A stretch of 64,000 nucleotides of DNA, taken from NCBI GenBank assembly GCA_027334165.1, contig DAHWXM010000019.1:9983-73982 (forward strand), written 5' to 3'. Of the stretch, positions 47,358 through 56,853 are shown one piece after another. The notes below the pieces were generated by a model. It was given only the letters and a program-made list of their open reading frames with translations, was not told the origin of the DNA and made no database searches. Each line of letters starts with the position of its first letter. Position 1 is the stretch's first letter. This stretch comes from Candidatus Micrarchaeota archaeon (lineage in GTDB: Archaea > Micrarchaeota > Micrarchaeia > Micrarchaeales > CABMGC01). The translations under genes were made by a program, and so were the position numbers.

Positions 47358-49082
47358 ATGGTTACGCTTGGCATACACGATGCGCACGATGCAGGTGCTG
47401 GCGCCGTTAGTGGGGGAAGAGTCATAGGCGCAGTTAATGAGGAAAGATTCACAAAACGCAAGAATGATGTAGGTTTCCCGGTAAGTTCCATAAGGTACAT
47501 CGTGGATGCCGCGGGAGACATAGATGACGTAGACAGCGTAGCTGTGCCTTGGATAGGAGGCAGTGCACTGTTTGCACGTATGTTTCCAGGACTTGAGGTT
47601 AAAAGAAGGCAGCTATGGCGCCGCGAGACCGGAAAGCCATCGCGCACCAGCATGAAGCTCAGGAATGTGGCGTTCAGACTCATTCAGGACCAGAAGCCAA
47701 AATGGCTTTGGCATCTTGCGGGAAAAAGCATTGGTGGTTATGCACTTTCAAGGAGGCTCACGCATTCAGGATTGGACAAGGAGATAGTATTTGTTGACCA
47801 TCACACTGCTCATGCGGCTGGCGCGTATTATGCATCGGGATTCAAAGAGGCATTAGTTGTAACACTTGACGGGGCAGGAGACGGTCTTAGCGGATCCATA
47901 TCTATAGGAGATAATGGTGCCCTCAAGCGCATCAAGGAGTTTAGGGCCAGTGCCAGCCTGGGAATCCTGTACGGCGCGGCGACTGTCGCGTGCGACATGC
48001 GCTATAGTGAGGATGAGGGAAAGCTGATGAGTCTTGCAGCGTACTCATATCCGGAGGAAATAAAGGAGTTGGACAAGATATCCATGTTCGACTCGCACAG
48101 GGGAGAACTCGTCTGCCATCAGGGTGCAAAATTCGAATTTCTTCTCGCTGAGCACATGAAGGACACATTGCTTTGGAAGTACAGCAGAGAGGCATTCGCA
48201 TATGCGGTGCAGAGGCACGTAGAGACCCAGGTACTGAAGATCGTGCAGCATTACATGAAAGAAACGGGCATACACAACGTTGCTGTTTCCGGGGGGCTCT
48301 TTTCAAACATAATAGTGAACATGCGGCTAAATGAAATGGATGGCATGAAAAACTTTTTCGTGTTTCCACAGATGGGAGATGGAGGACTTGCGCTGGGCGC
48401 GGCTTATTATGTCGACTTCCTTAAGAATGGGAGGTTCAACACCAAACAAGTAGAGAACATGAACTATGGCCCCGCATACACAAATTCCGAAATAGGAGAC
48501 GCACTGAAGAAACAAAGGAAAGGAATCGAGTATGAGGAGATAAAGGACATAGAAAGGTATGCCGCAGACAGAATGGTTGACGATAACGAGGTACTGCTGT
48601 GGTTTCAAGGCAGGATGGAATACGGTCCGCGTGCGCTTGGATGCAGGAGCATACTGTCATTGCCAGGCAACAACGACAACAGGACCAGGATAAACCTAAT
48701 TGTGAAACGGAGGCCGTACTACCAGCCGTTTGCTAGCACGATACTGGAGGAAGACGCGCCGCGGCTGCTGGAGCCGTACAGGGCAGGAACGAAGTTCATG
48801 ACTATAGGCTACAGGATAAGAAAGGAGCACATGGCGGATTTGGTTGCAGCATCGCACATAGATGGCACTACGAGGCCGCAGATGCTTGGAGAGGAGAATG
48901 GGCCGTACAGGAAGCTTATAGAGAGAATAAGGGAGCGCACGGGCATAGGCGCGGTGCTTAACACCAGCCTCAACAAGCACGGAAGGCCCATATCCATGAC
49001 CCCGGAGGACGCCATATGGACACTGATGAACACAGGTGCGACGAGCCTTGCGATAGGCAATTACTTTGTAACAAAGACCTAG
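47358..49082 (+). CDS. NodU/CmcH/TobZ family O-carbamoyltransferase
   Basis: GIHDAHD, EERFTKRK, DHHTAHA, LDGAGD, GDGGLALGA, GRMEYGPRALG.RS, HIDGTTRPQ, LNTSLN. Confidence 0.92.
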   Translation: MVTLGIHDAHDAGAGAVSGGRVIGAVNEERFTKRKNDVGFPVSSIRYIVDAAGDIDDVDSVAVPWIGGSALFARMFPGLEVKRRQLWRRETGKPSRTSMKLRNVAFRLIQDQKPKWLWHLAGKSIGGYALSRRLTHSGLDKEIVFVDHHTAHAAGAYYASGFKEALVVTLDGAGDGLSGSISIGDNGALKRIKEFRASASLGILYGAATVACDMRYSEDEGKLMSLAAYSYPEEIKELDKISMFDSHRGELVCHQGAKFEFLLAEHMKDTLLWKYSREAFAYAVQRHVETQVLKIVQHYMKETGIHNVAVSGGLFSNIIVNMRLNEMDGMKNFFVFPQMGDGGLALGAAYYVDFLKNGRFNTKQVENMNYGPAYTNSEIGDALKKQRKGIEYEEIKDIERYAADRMVDDNEVLLWFQGRMEYGPRALGCRSILSLPGNNDNRTRINLIVKRRPYYQPFASTILEEDAPRLLEPYRAGTKFMTIGYRIRKEHMADLVAASHIDGTTRPQMLGEENGPYRKLIERIRERTGIGAVLNTSLNKHGRPISMTPEDAIWTLMNTGATSLAIGNYFVTKT

Positions 49083-49110
49083 TGCAATGCCGGACGACAT
49101 GTGATCACAT

Positions 49111-50652
49111 ATGCGACAAAAAAAGGGCTGGATGGCGGGATCTTTCGCAGCGCTCAGGAAACCATATAACCTTGCGCTCATCGCGATAGTAGTGTACGCA
49201 CTGCTGTACTCCGTTGTCTTTGTGGGCGGGCCATCATATTACGGAGACGACAGCGTGTACCTTAATTATGCATATCAGGTAGTTCACGGCACTTTTACCG
49301 AGCACAGCGGGGATATTTTCAGTGTGAGACTACTGACCATATTACCTATAGCGTTATTCTATAAGACGTTCGGAGTAGGCTTGATGACGGATTCTGCGTG
49401 GGACATAGCTTCGTTTATAGGGCTAATAGCCGTGGCATTCCTAATGGGCAAGGAGTTGTACGACGAACGGGCAGGCGTTGTAGCCGCGCTTCTCACATCA
49501 TTCTTCCCAATGATAGTGATGCTCTCCGCAACCCCCAGTGATGACATACCGATGGCATTCGTCACCGCCCTCGCAATGCTGGCGCTGCTTTACGGTGAAA
49601 GGAGGGATTCCGGGCGGTGGTACTTCGCATCGGGCTTGCTGCTACTAGCCTCAGGACTCGTAACTCCCGAAGGTTTCATAATCTGCGTGGTGGCAATGGC
49701 ATACGTCGCCATAGAGTTTCTCAGGAAAAGGATTGCCATCAGTGGCACCACGCTTATGCTTCCGGCAGGTGTTGCGTTCGCATTCATGCTTATCGTGTTC
49801 GTCAATTCGTTCTATTCTAACCCGCTCATAACATTCACGCTAAACTCCCATTTCTACAGCGCCGTAGGGGGAAATGATACCATACCTTCAACGAACACGA
49901 ACCCGATGTACTACATAAACGTGATGTTCCCGCCGAACGCGCTTAATTTTTCGGGGTTTTTCTTTTACGCGTTGATTGCCGCGGCCATATATCTTGTTGT
50001 GGTACGACCAGATGGTACGTACTTCGTGCTTTTCTACTTCCTTGCGGCCTTCCTCTACTTGGAATTTGGACCCATGCACATTTCCCTGCACCCGTTCTCG
50101 TACCTTCTGAGTTACAGACTCCAGCGGTTTATGACACTCATAGCCGCCCCATTGGCAGTTGCAATAGGCATTGCAGTTTCGGATGTCGCGGCGCGAAGCG
50201 GAAAGACGCGGATGCGCCTGTTTGCGTACGCGCTCCTCGCACTTTTGATCTTCATGATCATATTGAACGCCGCCGCGATAAACCTTACGTGGTATCGTGT
50301 GCTTAGCTACGAACGCTACGACCAGCTCCAGGCAGCGGAATTCCTTGGCAGGATGCCCAACAGCACGATAATCTATTTCGCAGATGCATATCCGAACATA
50401 CCGATATACATGGGATTCAACAACATGAGCAGGTTCAGACCCTACTTCGCACTGACCAACTGCAGTTTCGTTTCGGCGGGAGCGTACGTTGTCGCACCCG
50501 CGCTGCCGCAGAACGGGATTAACTATTCGAAATTTGCATCCGCATGCGGAGGATGGATGGAGATCAATTACACACAGCCTGATTCGGTGCCTCCGCAGCA
50601 GATAGACAACATAGGAGGCTTCTCTGAACTTGCAGTGTATCGCGTAAAATGA
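49111..50652 (+). CDS. GT-C fold (PMT/ArnT-like) membrane glycosyltransferase
   Basis: First-loop YGDDSVY acidic pair, GKELYDERAGVVAALL..FFP, SDDIP, about 11-13 TM helices, C-terminal soluble domain. Confidence 0.8.
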   Translation: MRQKKGWMAGSFAALRKPYNLALIAIVVYALLYSVVFVGGPSYYGDDSVYLNYAYQVVHGTFTEHSGDIFSVRLLTILPIALFYKTFGVGLMTDSAWDIASFIGLIAVAFLMGKELYDERAGVVAALLTSFFPMIVMLSATPSDDIPMAFVTALAMLALLYGERRDSGRWYFASGLLLLASGLVTPEGFIICVVAMAYVAIEFLRKRIAISGTTLMLPAGVAFAFMLIVFVNSFYSNPLITFTLNSHFYSAVGGNDTIPSTNTNPMYYINVMFPPNALNFSGFFFYALIAAAIYLVVVRPDGTYFVLFYFLAAFLYLEFGPMHISLHPFSYLLSYRLQRFMTLIAAPLAVAIGIAVSDVAARSGKTRMRLFAYALLALLIFMIILNAAAINLTWYRVLSYERYDQLQAAEFLGRMPNSTIIYFADAYPNIPIYMGFNNMSRFRPYFALTNCSFVSAGAYVVAPALPQNGINYSKFASACGGWMEINYTQPDSVPPQQIDNIGGFSELAVYRVK

Positions 50653-50733
50653 AATGGATATCACATCGGCATGCAAGGTGCGGTAAGATTCATTAAAGTT
50701 TCGCGTTCATTATCGATTTGTGGAAGTGATGAT

Positions 50734-51243
50734 ATGAGATTTGCAAAACTAGTACTTGACAGGGTAGACAGGATAGTGCCTTTTCAGCGCGCGTACGCGC
50801 ACTGTGACATCCCGTGTGGCATATACGACCCCCACATGGCCCAGTTGGCGGCTCACACCGTTATAAGGATGGACATGCTAATAGCCGATGCGATGAAAAA
50901 CGGGGCGGATGATGCGGAGGGGAAGAACAAGATAGTCAGGTATGTAAGCATCAAGGAACAGCACGCAGAGATATGCAAGCATGAAGTTCGGGTACTGTGG
51001 GGAGATTACTTCAAGCCGGACCACGCGAAAGCACACCCGGAACTCAACGACCTCGTATGGAACATACTCAAACTGGCGTCAAAGGCCAAGCAGAGCACTG
51101 ATGTAAAGGCAGGCGAGGAACTACTCGAGAATGTGGAGAAGCTTGCAGAGATATTCTGGAAGACAAAGGGAATAAGCACATACAGAGCCCAGGCACCCTA
51201 CCCTACAGACCGTGAAATGGTGTACCCGAAGGTAGGCGCATGA
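50734..51243 (+). CDS. sodN: Nickel superoxide dismutase precursor
   Basis: Leader MRFAKLVLDRVDRIVPFQRAYA then Ni-hook HCDIPCGIYDP; KEQHAE, LWGDYFKP, IFWKTK. Confidence 0.95.
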   Translation: MRFAKLVLDRVDRIVPFQRAYAHCDIPCGIYDPHMAQLAAHTVIRMDMLIADAMKNGADDAEGKNKIVRYVSIKEQHAEICKHEVRVLWGDYFKPDHAKAHPELNDLVWNILKLASKAKQSTDVKAGEELLENVEKLAEIFWKTKGISTYRAQAPYPTDREMVYPKVGA

Positions 51244-51530
51244 CGCTCCTGCCGGTCTCTATATACAAGGTGAAGGACAACAGCATGATTCCTACCATAC
51301 TGGATGGAGATTACGTAATTTCCATCGGATGGTACGGCAACATAAGGCGCGGCGACATCGTTGTCCTTCGGCATCCTGCCGGAGCCATGAGATTAGTAAA
51401 GCGTGTAGAAAGGGTAGATGCAGATTCCGTGTATGTTGTTGGGGACAATCGTGCGGAGAGCGAAGACAGCAGAAACTTCGGTGCGGTGAAGAGACAGTCG
51501 CTTTTGGGGAAGGTAGTTGCGGTTATATAG
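51240..51530 (+). CDS. sodX: NiSOD maturation protease (S26 peptidase)
   Basis: SMIPT catalytic Ser, VKRV Lys, GDN...SEDSRNFG; ATGA overlap with sodN. Confidence 0.9.
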   Translation: MTLLPVSIYKVKDNSMIPTILDGDYVISIGWYGNIRRGDIVVLRHPAGAMRLVKRVERVDADSVYVVGDNRAESEDSRNFGAVKRQSLLGKVVAVI

Positions 51531-51598
51531 GTGCGTGGCATGCCAGCACCGGCCCCACATTTAATATCCTTATCGTCCGATAGATAGAATGTGTGTCT

Positions 51599-51820
51599 AT
51601 GGCAACTAGAGCAAATCCGAGAGAGGATATGGATCTCCTGTACCTGTCGGTCGGAGTCGTGGCGTTCAGCGTAATAGCCATCATAGCATTCGTGTATGGT
51701 TATTCTGATGCATTCTATCTGCTAGCCGTGATCGCCATCGTACTCGGATTCTACATGCTGCGCAGGCTCTCGGTTCAGAAGGAGGAGCAGGTAGAGAGAA
51801 AGACACCGAGACAGCGCTGA
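51599..51820 (+). CDS. Small two-helix membrane protein
   Basis: Two hydrophobic helices and a basic tail; 4 nt upstream of topA. Confidence 0.6.
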   Translation: MATRANPREDMDLLYLSVGVVAFSVIAIIAFVYGYSDAFYLLAVIAIVLGFYMLRRLSVQKEEQVERKTPRQR

Positions 51821-51824
51821 TTGG

Positions 51825-54050
51825 ATGAACAAGCTCATAATAGCGGAAAAACCGAGTGTAGCCTTAAGGCTGGCGCTCTCACTGGGAGACGGGCAGCCCA
51901 AAAGGAGTGCATTCAACGGAGTTAGCTATTACGAACTCCAAAAAGACCATGACACCTTGTTCGTGGTCGCGGCGGCGGGCCACCTCTTCACGCTTAGGCA
52001 GAAAAGCAAGGAAAGGGAGATACCGATCTTTGACATAGAGTGGATAGCTTCCTACAAAGTCAACGACAGTTCGTACTTTACGAAACGCTACCTTGACACT
52101 ATAGCGGAGATAGGGAAGCGCTGCACAGAATACGTCAACGCCTGCGACTACGACATAGAGGGCACGGTGATAGGGACTAACATAATAAAGTACGTTGTTT
52201 CTGGCGATGTGAACTCAGGCGTGGATTCCGACAAGATCAAACGCATGAAGTTCTCAACCACCACCAGGCAGGACCTTCTCAGCGCTTACGAGGGGTTGGA
52301 AGGATTTGACTCGAGCAATTTCGATGCCGGGGAGGCCAGGCACATGCTCGACTGGATGTGGGGCATAAACCTCAGCAGGGCACTGATACACGCCATGACT
52401 GCGGTAGGCGCGAAGAAGATACTCAGCATAGGCAGAGTGCAGGGACCAACGCTTTCCATACTATCCGAACGGGAAGCGGAGATACGAGACTTTGTGCCGA
52501 AGGACTTCTGGAGGATACTGATTGTAGCGTCTGGCATTGAATTCGAGAACACTAAGGGCAACTTCTTCGATAAGGCTGCTGCTGATGGTGCCCTCAAACG
52601 CACAGAAGGCGCAACGGTTACGGTCAAGTCCATAGATAGGAAAGAGAACAACATGAGGCCCTATCCCCCGTTCGACCTTACGTCACTGCAGCTCGAAGCG
52701 AGCAGAGTGTTTGGAATAGACCCTTCCAGGACACTCGCAATAGCGCAGTCGCTGTATGAGAAATCTTACATTTCATATCCTAGGACAACATCACAGAAGC
52801 TTCCTTACACACTAAATCTGCCCAGAATAATAGGCATGCTTGCGAAGAACGAAAAGTACAAGGCGCATGCGGAGATGCTCATCTCCGGATCGAGATTCAG
52901 GCCCGCAGAAGGGGCCAAGGCCGATGAGGCGCATCCGGCGATTTACCCTACGGGGGAGGAACCGAAGAGACTCGAGGGAGAAGAGGAAAGGATTTATGAT
53001 CTGATAACGCGTAGGTTTCTGGCATGCTTCGCCGAATATGCGGTGAGTGATTCGACCAGAATCGTGCTCGGCGCCACTGATGAGGAGTACGCGGCGAGCG
53101 GCAGCATAGTAAAGAAACAGGGATGGATGGAAGTGTACGGATATTACAAGCCGAAGGAGGCCGTACTGCCGGAGATGCGGGCAGGAAGTGAGGTTACTCC
53201 AGAAAGGATCTACTCGAAGAAGGGCGTCACCGAGCCGCCAAAGAGATACGGCAAGGCGAGCCTTATAGCGCTTCTTGAGAAAAAGAATCTCGGCACGAAA
53301 GCCACCAGGGCGGAGATAATAGACACGCTCTTTAGGAGAGGATACATAAAGGGCACCAGACTTGAAGTTACTGCGCTTGGGCTCAGCGTCTATTCGGCAT
53401 TGAAAAAATACTGCGCACAGATACTGGATGAGGACCTTACAAGAAAGCTGGAATCCGACATGGAGGACATAATGCGCGGAAATGCAAAGGAAAGTGCTGT
53501 GATAGAAGAGGGCAAGGGGATAATCCAGAGCCTGGTATCGGCATTCAAGGCCAACGAGAAGGGCATAGGCGAAGAGCTAAGAAAGGGGCTCAAGGAGTCA
53601 GAAGCGGCAAATGCACTAGGCAAATGTCCGAAGTGCGGCGGCAACCTTGTTATAAAGAGGTCATCAATTGGCAAGAACTTCGTCGGTTGCAGCAACTGGC
53701 CCGAATGCTCGGTAACGTATCCGCTTCCACAGGGTGCAGGGATATATCCTACTGGCAAGGTGTGTGAACTCTGTCATACACCAATAGTCAAGGTATTTAG
53801 GAAAGGCAAACGCGTCTTCCAGATGGACCTCGATCCCAACTGCAGCACGAAGAAGGACTGGGAGAAGCCTAAACCACAGGAGGGTGCGGCATCGGCACAA
53901 GGCGCGCAGGCGGAAGGTGCTGGGGCGCACGTGGTACCGCCGCGATCCGCGGGGAAGGTTTCCGGAAAACGCACAGGGAGCACGACACCCAGGGCCAGAA
54001 AGAAGACATCTAGAAATGCGGGCAGGGATACTGCTAACAAGCAGCAGTGA
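51825..54050 (+). CDS. topA: DNA topoisomerase IA
   Basis: IIAEKPSVA, ACDYDIEG, SIGRVQGP, ISYPRT catalytic Tyr, EAHPAI, LGTKATR, C4 zinc ribbons. Confidence 0.96.
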   Translation: MNKLIIAEKPSVALRLALSLGDGQPKRSAFNGVSYYELQKDHDTLFVVAAAGHLFTLRQKSKEREIPIFDIEWIASYKVNDSSYFTKRYLDTIAEIGKRCTEYVNACDYDIEGTVIGTNIIKYVVSGDVNSGVDSDKIKRMKFSTTTRQDLLSAYEGLEGFDSSNFDAGEARHMLDWMWGINLSRALIHAMTAVGAKKILSIGRVQGPTLSILSEREAEIRDFVPKDFWRILIVASGIEFENTKGNFFDKAAADGALKRTEGATVTVKSIDRKENNMRPYPPFDLTSLQLEASRVFGIDPSRTLAIAQSLYEKSYISYPRTTSQKLPYTLNLPRIIGMLAKNEKYKAHAEMLISGSRFRPAEGAKADEAHPAIYPTGEEPKRLEGEEERIYDLITRRFLACFAEYAVSDSTRIVLGATDEEYAASGSIVKKQGWMEVYGYYKPKEAVLPEMRAGSEVTPERIYSKKGVTEPPKRYGKASLIALLEKKNLGTKATRAEIIDTLFRRGYIKGTRLEVTALGLSVYSALKKYCAQILDEDLTRKLESDMEDIMRGNAKESAVIEEGKGIIQSLVSAFKANEKGIGEELRKGLKESEAANALGKCPKCGGNLVIKRSSIGKNFVGCSNWPECSVTYPLPQGAGIYPTGKVCELCHTPIVKVFRKGKRVFQMDLDPNCSTKKDWEKPKPQEGAASAQGAQAEGAGAHVVPPRSAGKVSGKRTGSTTPRARKKTSRNAGRDTANKQQ

Positions 54051-54062
54051 TGAATCGGCTTT

Positions 54063-55001
54063 TCAGACAAGTCTCGCAGCGAGGAATATTACGGTAAGTG
54101 CAATTGATACTGTGAAATTGTCATCAAATCTCCAGGGGGCAGACTCAACAAGCGATGCGGCGATAGCCAATGGAATGGCATACGGGCCCATTACTATACA
54201 GGATATTGCTGCTGTTGCAACAAAATACACAAATGAACCTCCGATGCTCTTCCTCCTGTTCCATGGTAATTTTGCGGTCTTGTACTTCATCCCAAATATG
54301 GTGGCAGCAGAATCACCTATGAATATCGCAGAGAATACGATTATAATGTGAGGCTCGTCAAGCGCGGCCACGGCCACCAACGAGCCTAATGCAAGCCACA
54401 GAGCACCGAGACCGAGGGATGTGTTGCTTCTCTCAAGTGCATATATCATCCTTGAGAAAGGGGTACGGGGGAAGAGTTTTGCGACGTTTACAAGAAATAC
54501 GCCGAACAAGATTATTGAAAGGAGCGCTATGCTGCCGACGTGCAGCCCGTAACCCACGAACAGCACCATGAGTATCACTCCTCCCAAAATCTGCACGACA
54601 TCCCTTCTCAGCTCTATTCCTTTGTTGGCGGCCATCTCCTTTACCGACTTCATTATGGCCACCTCATTGAGCATGCCGAAAAGCATTGCCTGCGCCATTA
54701 TGCTACCGCCTATGCCGGAAAACGCGAATAGGTATACAAACCCAAATAGCACGTATGCAAATTCCATCTTAGAGCCGTATGCCGAAACCACGCCGTTGAA
54801 CAGTAGCATGCCTAATACAAAAATTGGCAGCTCTGAAAATGCAATGCCCTGAGCGTACGCAAGTAGGGAACCGATCAGGGCGAGAGCAGCCAGGGATGCC
54901 AGCCTGCGCCTCTTTTGGACGTCCGTCTGGCTGAAAAGGCGCAAGGACAAGCCTGCGGCGACAAGGGCAAATGCAAGTAATTCAAATATTGTATGCAGCA
55001 T
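54063..55001 (-). CDS. CTP-dependent polyprenol kinase family membrane protein (dolichol/phytol kinase-like)
   Basis: ELRRDVVQ, GDSAATIFG, KLPWNRRKSIGGS, DDNF. Confidence 0.8.
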   Translation of the reverse strand: MLHTIFELLAFALVAAGLSLRLFSQTDVQKRRRLASLAALALIGSLLAYAQGIAFSELPIFVLGMLLFNGVVSAYGSKMEFAYVLFGFVYLFAFSGIGGSIMAQAMLFGMLNEVAIMKSVKEMAANKGIELRRDVVQILGGVILMVLFVGYGLHVGSIALLSIILFGVFLVNVAKLFPRTPFSRMIYALERSNTSLGLGALWLALGSLVAVAALDEPHIIIVFSAIFIGDSAATIFGMKYKTAKLPWNRRKSIGGSFVYFVATAAISCIVMGPYAIPLAIAASLVESAPWRFDDNFTVSIALTVIFLAARLV

Positions 55002-55005
55002 TGAC

Positions 55006-56844
55006 TTACACTATGTATATTATCCAAGCGGCTATCACGAACCCGGCAGCGGCCACGAATGGCACCACGTGCTTAAATGTGCGTATCGCCTCCTTGCTAG
55101 CGCGTATTATCATCTCGTCGGCACCTTCTCCCCACACTTTGAAGCGCTTGATAGTGAAAGATTCGTAATAAAGCGAAACATGCTCAATCCTTGATATAGC
55201 TTCGCTCATCAGGTCATCTATGAGCGGCATCACGTCCTTTGCCTTGGTGTACCTGCCAAGCGCATTGCTTGCCGGCAGCGCTATGGTGTTTACCGCGTGA
55301 GTATCTGTCGTGTACAGCTCTGCGCGTAAGCCAAATTTTTTCCGTATGTGTTCTAGAACCTCAGACCTGAACGAGGGAAGCATGTTGTTAGAATCGAAGT
55401 ACAGCATGGCAAACTTCTTTCCGCCGAACGAGAACACGCCTGCACTCGTGAAGCCATTGCCCATGTCCTTTGCATTGGGGAGCATGTGCCTGAGCTTCCT
55501 ACACGCGGAGCCGAATGACACGGGCTTGCTTGTGGACACCTGCGCGGATGATGATGCTATGGCTTCCTTGTAGTCGGACACGTACTTTGATGTCTTGTAA
55601 ATGCCCCGCAATTCGTCCTTTGATGCCGATTCGAATCGCGAGTTGTGTGCGTCTATCAGGACAACCTTTGACGTATTTGGATTGGCTGCGCTTTCGAACA
55701 CATGACCTATGTCACGATCAATATCCTCAGTAACAAGTGGCGCTTTTGACAATGTGAGCACATTCACTTCGTTGAGCTTCAGGTTTATCGCACGGCATGG
55801 ACCCTTTGCGCCGATGGAGAGTGTTCCGCGCACTGCGCTGCCCCCCTTAGAGTACATGGTGTCGAGCACTCCACCAATGCTCTTCTTCATCTGGACTATC
55901 TGTTGTGCGCTTATGGGATTATCTCCGGCGTTTACTGCACCATGCAGTACGAACGGAGCGGCACCGTACTTTGAATTTATGAAGGAACCTAGAGCCTCAG
56001 GTGCCACGCTGCCGCCGACACTGGCAAACGGACCGTAGTGTATGTCAGGCTTTACAAACACCGCGCCTGGACCGGCCTTCCCCTTTAACGACATCACTTT
56101 TACGTCCACATCGCGGTATACTCCGTGCTCTACAGCGAGATTTGAATTTGGAGTTACGTTGAACAGCCATTGCTGTACCATTATTCCGAATATGGCGAGG
56201 CCGCTCATGGATAGCATCTTCTTGGATGGACGATCTAGGAGGTAGACTATAAGGTAGCTTATGACAAGAAAAACCAGCATGCCTGCGTAGAGTTTTTCTA
56301 GAAGCGATACCAGGGGCACGTCGAGCGTGAACAGGTATTTGCCGAATGGAACGTAGAACAACAGGTTGAACAACGGCTGTATTACCGACACGAATATGGC
56401 GCTCTTGCCAAGACCTAGCGCAATCCGGTTCATGAAGAACCAATATGCGTACATGCCCGCATTTGCAAGTACGAGCAACACCGTAGCAAAGGCGTAGTTG
56501 TGGGACACGGAGAACATCAAAGACACAGCAACAAGTATCGCTGCATAGGTGAATGACATTCCGAACACTGCGAACATTATGTGCTTTAGCCGTATTTTCC
56601 ACCTTATGGCCTTTATTGTCATTCCGGCCAGTATCGAAGGTATGGCAATGGCCATAACGCCGGCACCGGCCCCAAGCGTCACGAACGAGAGCAGAGAGCT
56701 TGATCCCCAATGGATTATGAGTCCGGAGCAGAGACCGGAAATGGTACCCAGCAGCAGAAGTAGAAGTGTCTGAAGTGCGGTGCTGGGTGCGCGGATGTTG
56801 AAGTAGTTGGTGTACTTTATAACGTCTGCCTGCGCGTCCGGCAT
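55006..56844 (-). CDS. DUF2070 (COG3356-like) membrane protein, predicted lipid hydrolase
   Basis: About 6 N-terminal TM helices; soluble domain with PDIHYGPF, FVLHG, IDAHN, FDSNN, TTDTH; C-terminal TM; adjacent to uppS. Confidence 0.8.
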   Translation of the reverse strand: MPDAQADVIKYTNYFNIRAPSTALQTLLLLLLGTISGLCSGLIIHWGSSSLLSFVTLGAGAGVMAIAIPSILAGMTIKAIRWKIRLKHIMFAVFGMSFTYAAILVAVSLMFSVSHNYAFATVLLVLANAGMYAYWFFMNRIALGLGKSAIFVSVIQPLFNLLFYVPFGKYLFTLDVPLVSLLEKLYAGMLVFLVISYLIVYLLDRPSKKMLSMSGLAIFGIMVQQWLFNVTPNSNLAVEHGVYRDVDVKVMSLKGKAGPGAVFVKPDIHYGPFASVGGSVAPEALGSFINSKYGAAPFVLHGAVNAGDNPISAQQIVQMKKSIGGVLDTMYSKGGSAVRGTLSIGAKGPCRAINLKLNEVNVLTLSKAPLVTEDIDRDIGHVFESAANPNTSKVVLIDAHNSRFESASKDELRGIYKTSKYVSDYKEAIASSSAQVSTSKPVSFGSACRKLRHMLPNAKDMGNGFTSAGVFSFGGKKFAMLYFDSNNMLPSFRSEVLEHIRKKFGLRAELYTTDTHAVNTIALPASNALGRYTKAKDVMPLIDDLMSEAISRIEHVSLYYESFTIKRFKVWGEGADEMIIRASKEAIRTFKHVVPFVAAAGFVIAAWIIYIV

Positions 56845-56853
56845 ATCAACACA

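Noticed and set aside
49888-50676. 262-aa minus-strand ORF
   Set aside because: Antisense to the GT-C gene, with no motif and atypical composition.
53870-54050. Low-complexity basic tail of TopA as a separate domain or frameshift
   Set aside because: It is in frame, and Lys/Arg-rich disordered tails are common on type IA topoisomerases.
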